Shown: positions 48,702 through 57,794 of the stretch, one piece after another
Numbering within the stretch: the first letter of the stretch is position 1
Layout of the letters: each line of letters opens with the position of its first letter
Source of the DNA: a virus
IMG/VR virus record: IMGVR_UViG_3300008740_000712
Location: 55,131 to 119,130 of that record
Length of the DNA stretch: 64,000 bases
Reading direction: 5' to 3' (one strand)
Program-made: the position numbers and the translations under genes
The notes under the pieces: generated by a model
What the model saw: the letters and a program-made list of their open reading frames with translations, nothing else
What the model was told of the DNA's origin: nothing
The model's database searches: none

Positions 48702-50687
48702 TTATCCTACTTTCGCAGTCCTCTTCATATATTCCTCGGAATACTTTTTGAATACCATCTTTTCCTCTTCCACTTTCCACGAATTGTTAATTGGGTCGGT
48801 AGAAATCCCCTTGGGATTAAAATAATAAAGTCCCAGTGGGATATTTACTTTCTTAAATTTAGATCCATTGAACGCAGCTCGAAGCCACATATCCCAGTCA
48901 CCTGCTGACCTGTATTTTGGATCAAACATGCCATGTTTGTCGTGAAGATTCTTTCTCCACATGGGGTTGTTGTGTGGGAGGTTTGCCTTCAACATCTCCT
49001 CTAAGGAGAACCCCTCAGACTTATATCGTTGTCGGTGGTTAGAAGAATGATATCCGTCATTTATCTTGTGTGTAACGAAGGAGTCCGACCAAACCAAGTC
49101 GATATCTTCATTTAGCACCAATGTCTTTGCGAGAACCTCGATAAACCTATCATGCCGACTGTCATCCAAATTTGCATTCATAATATATTCTCCAGATGAG
49201 TTCTCGATAGCATGATTCCACACACCATATATTCCAGGATCTTTCTCTAATTTTATATATTTAATATTTTCTGGGAATTTCTTCAGATATTCCTCTATAA
49301 CAACCCCCTCATTGCCTGGGGAGTTTGCATTTACGAGAATCAATTCGCACTTGTCTTTGAAAACACTCTGTTTGGTTATTTCACTCATGAAATGTTTGAT
49401 GTATTTGTCCCCGTCATAAACAGAAGTTATAATAGAGATTTTTGGCAAATCACCAGAATCTACGGATGTAAATGCCTCTCCGAGAACTTCATCGTGAAAG
49501 AGGTTATATTGTTTTTCTGAATCGTGGTTTTGTAAGACCTTCTCTTGCAGTTTCTTGGCAATGGATTTCTTCATGCCATAATTTTTATAAACTTCTCTCA
49601 ATTTTTGTTTATAACTGTTTTTCTTGGGGTAACACCACTTGCTGTCTTTGGTGATAACACCTTCCCAATAAGATGCCTGTGGTACTGTTCCTAGTTCATA
49701 ATCGACCTTTGAAAACAATGCCTTTCTCTTCACTTTCCCCTTAGAGTCTTCCACTTCGTGATTCAAGAAGTCAACATGGCCACTCCAATTTGGGGCAATG
49801 ATGGGCAAACCATTACATGCTGCTTCGAATATGGGTAATCCAAATCCCTCTCCGTGTGAGAGGGTCACTAATGCTTTTACCCTCTCGTTACAGTAGAGGG
49901 AATTTTTTTCCTCCTCGGACAATCTTCCGTGAAGTAAATAAATCTTACATTTTCTGTCAGGATACCCCTGCAACATGTTCTCAATTGCTTCAGTAGTCCT
50001 CATCCTATCTTCTGTGCATCCACTTCGAATTGCAGTCTTGACAACCAAACCCACGTCGGGGTCGTCTTTGAATTCCTCTACAAACCATTTAATAGTATTA
50101 TCAATATTCTTTCTATTACCCATTAGGGCCATGGTGAGAAAATTAAAATCTGTTGTTAATTCTAGTTCAACTTCTTCTTGTTCCATCGTAGGAACCGGAT
50201 AATGTACGACGGATACCGGTGTTGTTACCTTTTTGACCGTTTGTTGTCCGGTGGATTGATCTATGAGAGGAAAAATCGTTTTAACAAGTCCATTTCTCGA
50301 ATGCTCAGAAATCGTAATGATCTTGTCCATGAGGTTACACTGATCTACCCACTCTAATGCAATTCTATCAGTTTCTATCCCAGCAGTTACTCCAATATTG
50401 TATGCTGCTAGTTCTCTAAACTCATTTGGGATAGTCACCTGAACACTGACATCAAATACCGGCTCACCTTGTGCGGCATATGCCCTAGTCTTATTGATCA
50501 ACCCAAAGAGTTTTTCTCTCTCAGGAGAAGACTTGGGTTCATATCCTAGTGTACCCCAATTTATATTATCCAAATAAACATCGAACAAATCTGATTGTTC
50601 TAGTGCTCGAATTAGAAATCTTGCGTGAACTCCGTATCCGGAGGCACTAAGTGCTGGTCCTCTGACTATTATTTTTACGTTTCTCAT
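48702..50687 (-). CDS. Bifunctional glycosyltransferase (GT4 N-terminal, GT2 C-terminal)
   Basis: SHGEGFGLPIFEAACNGLPII (GT4); ISIITSVY, NANLDD, AGDWDMWLR (GT2); ATGA overlap at 50684-50687. Confidence 0.85.
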   Translation of the reverse strand: MRNVKIIVRGPALSASGYGVHARFLIRALEQSDLFDVYLDNINWGTLGYEPKSSPEREKLFGLINKTRAYAAQGEPVFDVSVQVTIPNEFRELAAYNIGVTAGIETDRIALEWVDQCNLMDKIITISEHSRNGLVKTIFPLIDQSTGQQTVKKVTTPVSVVHYPVPTMEQEEVELELTTDFNFLTMALMGNRKNIDNTIKWFVEEFKDDPDVGLVVKTAIRSGCTEDRMRTTEAIENMLQGYPDRKCKIYLLHGRLSEEEKNSLYCNERVKALVTLSHGEGFGLPIFEAACNGLPIIAPNWSGHVDFLNHEVEDSKGKVKRKALFSKVDYELGTVPQASYWEGVITKDSKWCYPKKNSYKQKLREVYKNYGMKKSIAKKLQEKVLQNHDSEKQYNLFHDEVLGEAFTSVDSGDLPKISIITSVYDGDKYIKHFMSEITKQSVFKDKCELILVNANSPGNEGVVIEEYLKKFPENIKYIKLEKDPGIYGVWNHAIENSSGEYIMNANLDDSRHDRFIEVLAKTLVLNEDIDLVWSDSFVTHKINDGYHSSNHRQRYKSEGFSLEEMLKANLPHNNPMWRKNLHDKHGMFDPKYRSAGDWDMWLRAAFNGSKFKKVNIPLGLYYFNPKGISTDPINNSWKVEEEKMVFKKYSEEYMKRTAKVG

Positions 50688-51946
50688 TTTACCTCCGAAA
50701 GAGTCCATCTTTTATAATTTTCCCTAGTGGCCCAGGCACCGTGTTTTTTCATGGTGTTGTCTATAATCTCTTCCCACTTTTTCTGGTATTGTTCGAAACT
50801 ATAGTTTTTCATAACATGCTCTCTGCCCATCATGCCAAGTTTATGTAATTCTTCTTTGGGCATGTGATATACTTTATCAAAAGCAGCAACAACATCTGCT
50901 CCGTCAAGACGATCTTCGTAGATCCAAGGGATCTCCTGAGATCCAATGATTGCTTTCGAAGCTGGGTGGAGTCCTATTCCAAAGTAATTCTCACCGTCGT
51001 AAACTTGCTCCTGCATTCCACCAGTCATGGTACAGATTACTGGTTTGCCGCAAGATAGGGACTCCTGTATGGACAACCCAAAACCTTCTGCATCAGAAAC
51101 TGCCACAGTGACATCGGACATACAGTACATTAGGGAAAGATTCTCAAAATCAAATTTTCCAGTTGAGAAAATAACCTCCCCATTGTCAATACCTAGTTCC
51201 CTAATTATTGCTTCCAAGTCCTGTCCATGCGGGTCAGTGACATCCGTGTGCATAATCAAATTTACTCGGTTGTGTCCCAACTTTTCTATGAAATCTGCAT
51301 ACCAAAACAGCAGAGAACCACTTTGTTTTCTTCTAGCATTTCTGCTATTCCAAAAGAAGGTAAAATAGTCTGCTCGTTCGGGAGTCTTTTCATATATAAG
51401 TTGCTTTAGTTTCCTAACCTTTGCCTTATCCTTATCTGGTGTAAAGATATTGTTTGGTACTGCATGAGGGTGATATATGACCTCTACATCTGGAGAAACC
51501 GTCCTTACAATGTCGTCTGTAACTTTACTTATTGTGACTACTAAATCGTTGGAGTCGTAACATTTCTTGTTATATTTTGGGTACGGGTAGTTATCCCATA
51601 CATGATAGTACACCATAGGTATGTTCGAACGGATCTCGTCATCTATTTCCCACAGAAACCCCCAAAATCTTGGGTCTGTCATAAACCAAAGAAGATCTGG
51701 TTTTTCTGCTGCTATCAGTTCCCTGATTAAGTCCTGAGTTCCGTACCCGTCTACTGGTAGAATCCTCCATTTTCCGTCGTATTCCTCCGGAATTATCATA
51801 TTGTAATCGTGATGCTTAATAGCTCCTGCGAGGGAAAAGACCTCATACTCTCCCGTTTTTATCAGACCTTCGATAAAGTACTTGGTCTGAGTTCCTACGC
51901 CCGATGGGGACAAGGGGTGATCACTGATGGTTAAAATCTTCTTCAT
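50684..51946 (-). CDS. GT4 glycosyltransferase
   Basis: SDAEGFGLSIQESLSCGKPVI, NARRKQ; start moved to ATG 51946. Confidence 0.88.
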   Translation of the reverse strand: MKKILTISDHPLSPSGVGTQTKYFIEGLIKTGEYEVFSLAGAIKHHDYNMIIPEEYDGKWRILPVDGYGTQDLIRELIAAEKPDLLWFMTDPRFWGFLWEIDDEIRSNIPMVYYHVWDNYPYPKYNKKCYDSNDLVVTISKVTDDIVRTVSPDVEVIYHPHAVPNNIFTPDKDKAKVRKLKQLIYEKTPERADYFTFFWNSRNARRKQSGSLLFWYADFIEKLGHNRVNLIMHTDVTDPHGQDLEAIIRELGIDNGEVIFSTGKFDFENLSLMYCMSDVTVAVSDAEGFGLSIQESLSCGKPVICTMTGGMQEQVYDGENYFGIGLHPASKAIIGSQEIPWIYEDRLDGADVVAAFDKVYHMPKEELHKLGMMGREHVMKNYSFEQYQKKWEEIIDNTMKKHGAWATRENYKRWTLSEVK

Positions 51947-51954
51947 ATCGATAC

Positions 51955-52728
51955 CTATGGGCAATGCTTAGTTCGATTAAAATCGCACTTTGAGCAAGAC
52001 AATTTGTTTTTTATAAAATTCTCGTTATCAACATTATATGCTGCTGTTTCCAAAAGTTTAAGGGCATTGCTTGTTTTTTTCTTTCCACTAGAAACCTCAA
52101 CAAGTTCAAGAGGATTTCCTTTCGTGATTCTCTTCATCAACACAAAGTGTGTGCTTATCTTGTCGAAAGGGAGTCCTGTCAACATTTGATAGAAAAACTT
52201 ATAATACGACAATTGGTAAGTAACCATCGGATCATTCTTTCTTCTTGCATCCCAACCCCACGAGCAAGTCTTCCAATCAATGATGTGGTGTTGTCCATCT
52301 GGTGTTCTTATTATGCAATCAACATACCCAACGAAGTCGAATTCGTTATGATATTCTTCTTCGAAGGTGATTGGTATCCTAAGACTCTTTTCAGTATCAA
52401 CAACTTCATAATCACCAAAAGTCTCATTCATGAAACTTTCTAAATTTTCAATTATCTTAACGCCAGAAGAGAAGAACTCTTCTTCTTGTTTTTTTGACAC
52501 CTGTTCTTCGAGCAGTGAAATTTCTTTTTTCAACTCTTTTCTAAAAAAAGGAACAGAATTAAACTTCTGGCCCTTTTTTAGAATTGTTTGTTCGCAAACA
52601 CTGTGTATCGATGTTCCAAAAGCGGTGTAGATGTTTCCCTTAAACGGTTTAAGTTTATCTATCCTCGTTAATTTATAATAATATGGACAAAACTTAAAAT
52701 CCTTGATGGACGAGAATGAAAGGTGCAT
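51955..52728 (-). CDS. PD-(D/E)XK nuclease, Cas4/RecB-like
   Basis: HLSFSS...CP, FGTSIH, GYVD...IIDWKT, QL..Y, C-terminal CSKC...C cluster. Confidence 0.85.
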   Translation of the reverse strand: MHLSFSSIKDFKFCPYYYKLTRIDKLKPFKGNIYTAFGTSIHSVCEQTILKKGQKFNSVPFFRKELKKEISLLEEQVSKKQEEEFFSSGVKIIENLESFMNETFGDYEVVDTEKSLRIPITFEEEYHNEFDFVGYVDCIIRTPDGQHHIIDWKTCSWGWDARRKNDPMVTYQLSYYKFFYQMLTGLPFDKISTHFVLMKRITKGNPLELVEVSSGKKKTSNALKLLETAAYNVDNENFIKNKLSCSKCDFNRTKHCP

Positions 52729-53087
52729 TATTTTCCTTTTCTTTGAGAGTGAACGGAGTTGTCCGTCTTTTTACTACTAATAATAGCAGGTTCAATTGCA
52801 CTTGTCAAGTCCTTTTTTGCGTCTTCCTGTATTTTCCTGGGTGATGGTTTTGTTTCTTTATTTACAGAAAAGACCCATGAACCGCGGTGGTTGTCCTCAG
52901 ACTTGTGATTATTCGCCGAGTCAGACTTTCTGCATCCTGTTACATCGAACCCTGCTTTTGATAAGAGTTCCCTAGCATCCTTTGTTAAAAAATTAACAAC
53001 AGGGTCGTTAGCAGATTTCCTTTCACTCAATTCAATAGTCAGAGTAACAATTCCTGCTTTTTTATCTTCTTTTATTGTTTTTTTCAT
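52728..53087 (-). CDS. Hypothetical protein
   Basis: ORF coupled to the nuclease gene; start moved to ATG 53087. Confidence 0.6.
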   Translation of the reverse strand: MKKTIKEDKKAGIVTLTIELSERKSANDPVVNFLTKDARELLSKAGFDVTGCRKSDSANNHKSEDNHRGSWVFSVNKETKPSPRKIQEDAKKDLTSAIEPAIISSKKTDNSVHSQRKGK

Positions 53088-53091
53088 AATT

Positions 53092-53682
53092 TTAATTCTC
53101 CTTGCACATTTTTTCAATGTCCTTTATGATAGAAAGAAAGTTTTTATAATCCCTCTTCCTTATTTGCCCACACATATGGGCATTAAATAGATGCGAAAAA
53201 TAATTCTCTAAACTAAGAGAAGATTCATAATTTACAAAATATTTCTGTGTATTACTTAGCACATCTTCAAATTCTATTTTCCTAATCGACCTCACGAAAT
53301 CAGACGGACTTTCTGTATTTAAAAAGTCGGAGAGCGCGAGGTTGGGGGTGAAACCTATTAGGTCATAATATAAGTCCCTCCTTTTTATGAGGAACTCCTT
53401 TTTCAGCAAATCATCACAGAACACATAATTGTATTTCTTATAGAGAGATTCCCCAACGGTAAGTGTGAAATTCTCAACAAGAAGTGGTTCACAGTAATGT
53501 TCGTTGCTGATAAAAATTGTGTCTCCCTCTAATAATCTCTCTTCTTTTGTTATTTTGGCCAAGTCTGCGATAATAAGAGCTTCTACCTCAGACAAGAAGT
53601 GTGAGGGAATAGTCTTCTCGATAGATTTCATAATTCTTGATATTTTCATGCCAGTGGGAAGTTTTTTGGTCTGATAGACCAT
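53092..53682 (-). CDS. Hypothetical protein
   Basis: ORF between phoH and the next gene; start uncertain (first ATG downstream of the phoH stop). Confidence 0.6.
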   Translation of the reverse strand: MVYQTKKLPTGMKISRIMKSIEKTIPSHFLSEVEALIIADLAKITKEERLLEGDTIFISNEHYCEPLLVENFTLTVGESLYKKYNYVFCDDLLKKEFLIKRRDLYYDLIGFTPNLALSDFLNTESPSDFVRSIRKIEFEDVLSNTQKYFVNYESSLSLENYFSHLFNAHMCGQIRKRDYKNFLSIIKDIEKMCKEN

Positions 53683-53704
53683 CACTTTGTCGTGTATCTT
53701 CTTT

Positions 53705-55051
53705 TTATAAGATTTTTGCGCCAAGGGTAGCAACCTCCGATCTTTCACCTTTTACCAATGTTACATGACCTGCAACATCGTAGGACTTGAATTTCTCCAC
53801 AGCATGAACCAAACCATTTGATGTTTCGTTTATATAAACATTGTCGATTTGTTCGATGTCTCCTGTGAGAATAATCTTTGTCCCTTCTCCTACCCTTGTT
53901 ATTATAGTCTTTAATTCGTGTCTTGTTAAATTCTGTGCTTCGTCTATAATAATATAGGCATTTGCAATAGATCGACCTCGAATGTAAGAAAGTGCTTCTA
54001 TCTCTATAATTCCTTTTTCCAGATAATCCTGAACCATCATCTTGTCGTTTCCAAGAAGGTATTGTAAATTATCCCTGATGGGTGCCAACCATGGCTCCAT
54101 CTTCTCTTCTAAAGTTCCTGGTAGGAAACCGATGTCTCTCCCCATCGGCTGCACTGGTCTTGATACAATCATTTTTGTATACTGACTGTCTGCTCCCCCA
54201 TTGGTGCGGGGGTTTTGTAAAGTTTGTTCTAATCCAGCAGCAAGGGCACATAGTGTTTTCCCCGATCCTGCTCGACCAATAAGGGAGACAACTTTTATAC
54301 TGTCATCCGTAAGTAAGTCCATAGCAAAGGTTTGCTCTTTGTTTCTTGGTGCGAATCCCCAAGTTGAATTATCAAATTTCCTAACCCTGCGGAGGGGGGT
54401 ATTGTAGGAGAGAAACCTTGCAAGGGCAGTTCTCTTATCGTTCACTCTCGAAATCAACATAACATACTGATTTGGTAACATACCTCTATGTTCGTCTTCT
54501 TCCAGCATAATGTCGTCACCGCAATAGAACCTATCTATGTGTTCATCGTCGATGAGAATTTCTGAAAATCCTTTGAACATTTCCTTCTGACTTGTTATTG
54601 CCTTGTCGGGATCGTAGTCTTCCGTCTTGACACCAACGGAGTCACCGATGACTCTCATGTTTATGTCTCTAGTTACCAGCACCAACCTCTTAGGGTTGCT
54701 CATGGTGTTGGAGTAATTCAGTGCAGTCTGGATGATGATGTGATCTGGAACTGTCTTTGACAATTCTTCTGGAAGAATCCATGAGTCTCCAACATTTTCG
54801 GAAACAATTATCTTCCCGAATCCTTTGCCGATCCTGATGCCTGATTTTAAACTACCTCTTGATCTGAGTTCGTCCAAGATCTTTATAACATTCCTGGCCA
54901 TAGCACCAACGGAATCTTGTCTCTTCTTATGTTTATCTATTTCTTCGAGAACCATCATTGGAACAAGTATATCGTTGTTTCCAAATGAGTAAATAGAATT
55001 TGCGTTGGTCAATAAAACACTTGTATCTAGTGCGTAAAGTTTCTTTGCCAT
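53705..55051 (-). CDS. phoH: PhoH-family ATPase with N-terminal PIN domain
   Basis: LDTSVLL and EEIDKHK (PIN); GRAGSGKT, IGFLPG, YIRGRS, IIDEAQN, GDIEQID (PhoH); GGAAAGGA precedes ATG 55051. Confidence 0.93.
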   Translation of the reverse strand: MAKKLYALDTSVLLTNANSIYSFGNNDILVPMMVLEEIDKHKKRQDSVGAMARNVIKILDELRSRGSLKSGIRIGKGFGKIIVSENVGDSWILPEELSKTVPDHIIIQTALNYSNTMSNPKRLVLVTRDINMRVIGDSVGVKTEDYDPDKAITSQKEMFKGFSEILIDDEHIDRFYCGDDIMLEEDEHRGMLPNQYVMLISRVNDKRTALARFLSYNTPLRRVRKFDNSTWGFAPRNKEQTFAMDLLTDDSIKVVSLIGRAGSGKTLCALAAGLEQTLQNPRTNGGADSQYTKMIVSRPVQPMGRDIGFLPGTLEEKMEPWLAPIRDNLQYLLGNDKMMVQDYLEKGIIEIEALSYIRGRSIANAYIIIDEAQNLTRHELKTIITRVGEGTKIILTGDIEQIDNVYINETSNGLVHAVEKFKSYDVAGHVTLVKGERSEVATLGAKIL

Positions 55052-55067
55052 AGTGTTCCTTTCCCTA

Positions 55068-55076
55068 TTAAATAGT
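55068..55076 (-). promoter_or_regulatory. Putative late promoter motif ACTATTTAA
   Basis: Variant of the recurrent motif, just upstream of the phoH RBS. Confidence 0.45.
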
Positions 55077-55116
55077 TTATTTGTAGTAAATAAGTTGTAA
55101 GGTTTGTATTTATAGT

Positions 55117-55842
55117 ATGAAGAAAATAATGACTTCTTTAATAGTGGCAATGCTCATACTTGGTGGGTGTTCCTTTATAACAAAACAAATACTCAAAAAT
55201 AAAAGGAAATCCTTTGTTCAGGTGATGGCACTATCCATACAAGCAACAAATGGGATGCCCGCGTCTTCGGTGGCATCTGGGTTTGCGGTTGCTGAGAGAG
55301 ATGAGGGAACATACATCCTTACTGCTGGACATTTCTGCGTGAACTCCATAACTCTGGATGGGCAAATCGTTCTTGAGAACAACATCTTCGTAAACACGTC
55401 GAAAGGGGAGAGTCACAAAGCTATCCTCGTGGGATTAAGTCACAAAATAGATGCCTGTCTACTGAGAACGAAACCACTAGATATGGAACCTCTTGAGATT
55501 TCATTACATAATCCGGATCGTTATGATGAGATTCTAAACATTGCTGCACCTGCGGGAATGTTTGGTAAAGATGTTGCCATTGTCTACGAGGGGAGATACA
55601 TCGGTAAAGAAACTATTGGAGCATTGTCAATGGATGTATACAATCTTCCTGCATTTCCCGGTAGTTCTGGTTCTCCTGTTTTGAATTCCTACGGGCATGT
55701 GATCGGAATGGTCGTTAGTACAGCAGGTGGGTTTTTTCATATGGCATTCTCTCCAACGCATGATGAAATTATTGACTTTTTAGAGGAACACATCGATCTC
55801 GAAAGGTACGAGATCCCGAAAGAAACTCTAATTATAGAGTGA
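55117..55842 (+). CDS. Trypsin-like serine protease with lipoprotein-type signal
   Basis: Catalytic triad motifs TAGHFC, DACLL, PGSSGSPV; N-terminal hydrophobic stretch ending LILGGC. Confidence 0.85.
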   Translation: MKKIMTSLIVAMLILGGCSFITKQILKNKRKSFVQVMALSIQATNGMPASSVASGFAVAERDEGTYILTAGHFCVNSITLDGQIVLENNIFVNTSKGESHKAILVGLSHKIDACLLRTKPLDMEPLEISLHNPDRYDEILNIAAPAGMFGKDVAIVYEGRYIGKETIGALSMDVYNLPAFPGSSGSPVLNSYGHVIGMVVSTAGGFFHMAFSPTHDEIIDFLEEHIDLERYEIPKETLIIE

Positions 55843-56438
55843 ACAAAAATCGTCTAAAAAGAAAACAATTAGAATTTAACCTAGTAAAGTTCGACCTCGA
55901 TGATGTGGAAGATGTAATGAGGGTTTGCAATCAACATTTCAATAGTAAATTCGTGCATGAAAGTGAATTGAATTCCCAAAATGAAGAACCTGTTGAGACT
56001 TCCGAAGAAGAGGAAGAGGTCGGGGAAATTGCGAAAGACAGAGAAGAGAAAATTCACGAAGGGGCAAATAAAAAAATAAGTAAAGAGTCCCGTTCACTCT
56101 TTAAAAAAATAGCTGTCAAGTCGCATCCGGATAAGATGTTATGCTTAGACGAAGACGAGAAAGAGGAGAGGGAGACACTCTATCTTATCGCACAGAGGGC
56201 AGTGGCAGATGATGACCTCGCAACTCTAATAGAGGTTGCTGCCGAACTAGGTATTGATAGTGGTATTGCTCAAGATACCCAAGTAAAGATAATACAGCAG
56301 AAGATAGATTTTATTCGTGAGAAGATGCACAACATAAAGCAAACTGCTGCTTGGGTCTGGTATCATGCAGATAAAAACCAAAAAGACCAGATAGAAAAGC
56401 AACTAACTGGTCAAATGGGGTTTAAAAGAAAAATATAA
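55839..56438 (+). CDS. J-domain (DnaJ-like) protein
   Basis: SRSLFKKIAVKSHPDK contains the HPD motif in a helical context; GTGA overlap with the protease stop. Confidence 0.7.
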   Translation: MNKNRLKRKQLEFNLVKFDLDDVEDVMRVCNQHFNSKFVHESELNSQNEEPVETSEEEEEVGEIAKDREEKIHEGANKKISKESRSLFKKIAVKSHPDKMLCLDEDEKEERETLYLIAQRAVADDDLATLIEVAAELGIDSGIAQDTQVKIIQQKIDFIREKMHNIKQTAAWVWYHADKNQKDQIEKQLTGQMGFKRKI

Positions 56439-56573
56439 TTATTGGTTGACAACGACGATACTCATTTCTTCAAATGAGTGCTTGGTTGTCTGGTCTTTAT
56501 CCGTTTTGACAACCAATGGGTTGCACGACAAACAGGATAATGCCAATAATGATAAAGCAGTGTATTTTTTCAT
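56439..56573 (-). CDS. Small lipoprotein-like peptide (44 aa)
   Basis: Not in the ORF track. MKKYTALSLLALSCLSCNPLVVKTDKDQTTKHSFEEMSIVVVNQ; AGAAAGAGAG upstream; late-type motif at 56614-56622. Confidence 0.5.
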   Translation of the reverse strand: MKKYTALSLLALSCLSCNPLVVKTDKDQTTKHSFEEMSIVVVNQ

Positions 56574-56613
56574 TCTATTACTCTCTTTCTTGTGATAGGG
56601 AATGTTTCGGGTT

Positions 56614-56622
56614 ATAAGTAGT
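56614..56622 (-). promoter_or_regulatory. Putative late promoter motif ACTACTTAT
   Basis: Identical to 60863-60871; intergenic. Confidence 0.45.
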
Positions 56623-56684
56623 GTCTTATGTTTTATTATACCACATTAAATGCAGTTTTTTATCCCGTATGGTTAGCAGAAGGC

Positions 56685-56713
56685 AAAAAAAGAGCCCCCG
56701 CAAGGGGACTCTC
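56685..56713 (-). terminator. Rho-independent terminator
   Basis: Minus strand GAGAGTCCCC-TTGC-GGGGGCTCT followed by a T-run, about 30 nt after the beta-barrel stop. Confidence 0.85.
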
Positions 56714-56741
56714 AAAATATCACACTAAAAGTAGAATTACT

Positions 56742-57395
56742 CTAGAATGATAAACTTGCATACACACCGACAGTGTGGCTGTTTGTTTTAGTGTCAGACA
56801 TCAAACCGTCGGTTTGTAAGAAGTATTCTGCCGTTACGTTTACCGCAGAAACTTTTGTGCCTACTGAGGCAATTGCACGATTGCTGGTTAAACCTGTTTC
56901 ATCTGCGAAGAGTTCATCTCCAATAGATAACTTCAAGTCTTTACCTGCAATGGCAACTGTCTTGGAAACGTCGAGTCTATCTCTCAACGATGCTTGCTTG
57001 GTAGTTACATCCTTAATGTTTGTAATACCATCCAACTGAAGTCGTGTTCGGTTAGTAATATCTAAACCGAAGGCACTACACCCAGTATCAGCATCTAAAG
57101 AAAGACGGTTGGTAGACGCACCAGCAGTATTCGTATTACGAACACGCAAGGTTAAGTCTAACTTATCCCCAACAGATTTGGTTGCTGCAAACACAGTATG
57201 TTCATACGGTGCGGCAGTTGTAACCATTTCCTCACTAACTCCTAAATCATGGCGAACTTGTTCCTCGACGGTCAAAGTCAAATCACCTAGTTTAGCAGAA
57301 GCTTTTGCTTCTAAACGAAGTTCGTCAGCATAACTTACTCCGCTAATCATTAACGCCATAATGGTCGTCATTAATAGTTTCTTTAACATAGTCAC
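56742..57395 (-). CDS. Outer-membrane beta-barrel protein (DUF2490-like) with signal peptide
   Basis: Signal MLKKLLMTTIMALMISGVSYA; alternating amphipathic strands; C-terminal VGVYASLSF ends in the Phe typical of BAM substrates. Confidence 0.7.
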   Translation of the reverse strand: MTMLKKLLMTTIMALMISGVSYADELRLEAKASAKLGDLTLTVEEQVRHDLGVSEEMVTTAAPYEHTVFAATKSVGDKLDLTLRVRNTNTAGASTNRLSLDADTGCSAFGLDITNRTRLQLDGITNIKDVTTKQASLRDRLDVSKTVAIAGKDLKLSIGDELFADETGLTSNRAIASVGTKVSAVNVTAEYFLQTDGLMSDTKTNSHTVGVYASLSF

Positions 57396-57436
57396 TTTCC
57401 TTTCCTTGCTGCGTAAACAGCAATTGAATTGTTCCC

Positions 57437-57464
57437 ATTATACAGGAACGAAATCTTTTGTCAA
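57437..57464 (-). promoter_or_regulatory. Consensus sigma70 promoter TTGACA-16-TATAAT
   Basis: Perfect -35 and -10 hexamers about 40 nt upstream of the beta-barrel start. Confidence 0.85.
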
Positions 57465-57623
57465 GCCCCAAGTTAATGTTCTACTTTAGCTTTGTGCGTC
57501 ATTTTTTCTTTTCTATTTTAAACTTGTTATCTATCCAGCACTTAGTATAATACATTGCACCAACCCACAAGGTAAATAAAATGCCATCAACGTATGTTAG
57601 GTGATTCCAGATGTCTAAAAAGT

Positions 57624-57794
57624 TCATTTCTTTTTTCTCTTCTGAAGTTTCTTTACATCTTTTTCAAGTTGTTCGATTTTATACTTCATAACCTCAACAT
57701 CGGTTTCGAGATTGTTTACCGTGTTGAGTTGCCATGTCAAAACACCGATTACAAGTGCGGTGACAACTGTTACTAATAATTTCTTCATATCCAT
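57624..57794 (-). CDS. Small single-pass membrane / coiled-coil protein (56 aa)
   Basis: Not in the ORF track. MDMKKLLVTVVTALVIGVLTWQLNTVNNLETDVEVMKYKIEQLEKDVKKLQKRKKK; ATGA overlap at 57794. Confidence 0.65.
   Translation of the reverse strand: MDMKKLLVTVVTALVIGVLTWQLNTVNNLETDVEVMKYKIEQLEKDVKKLQKRKKK

Noticed and set aside
31910-51946. A bacterial chromosomal capsule or O-antigen locus, or a eukaryotic giant-virus origin
   Set aside because: It is flanked by baseplate, sigma, PhoH and other phage genes with Shine-Dalgarno sites and overlapping stops/starts; no wzx, wzy or housekeeping genes are present.
51955-52728. Cas4 as part of a CRISPR-Cas locus
   Set aside because: No repeat-spacer array and no other cas genes in the window; solo Cas4-like nucleases are common in phages.
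36-54500. Numerous short plus-strand and alternative-frame ORFs in the ORF track
   Set aside because: They lie antisense to or inside long, tightly coupled minus-strand genes and show no recognisable motifs; treated as shadow ORFs.
53705-55150. Longer N-terminal extensions given by the ORF track (phoH, 31123-31572, 39264-40109, 42714-43691, 48702-50708 and others)
   Set aside because: They overlap upstream genes or regulatory gaps; downstream starts have RBS or stop/start coupling and begin at the family motif.
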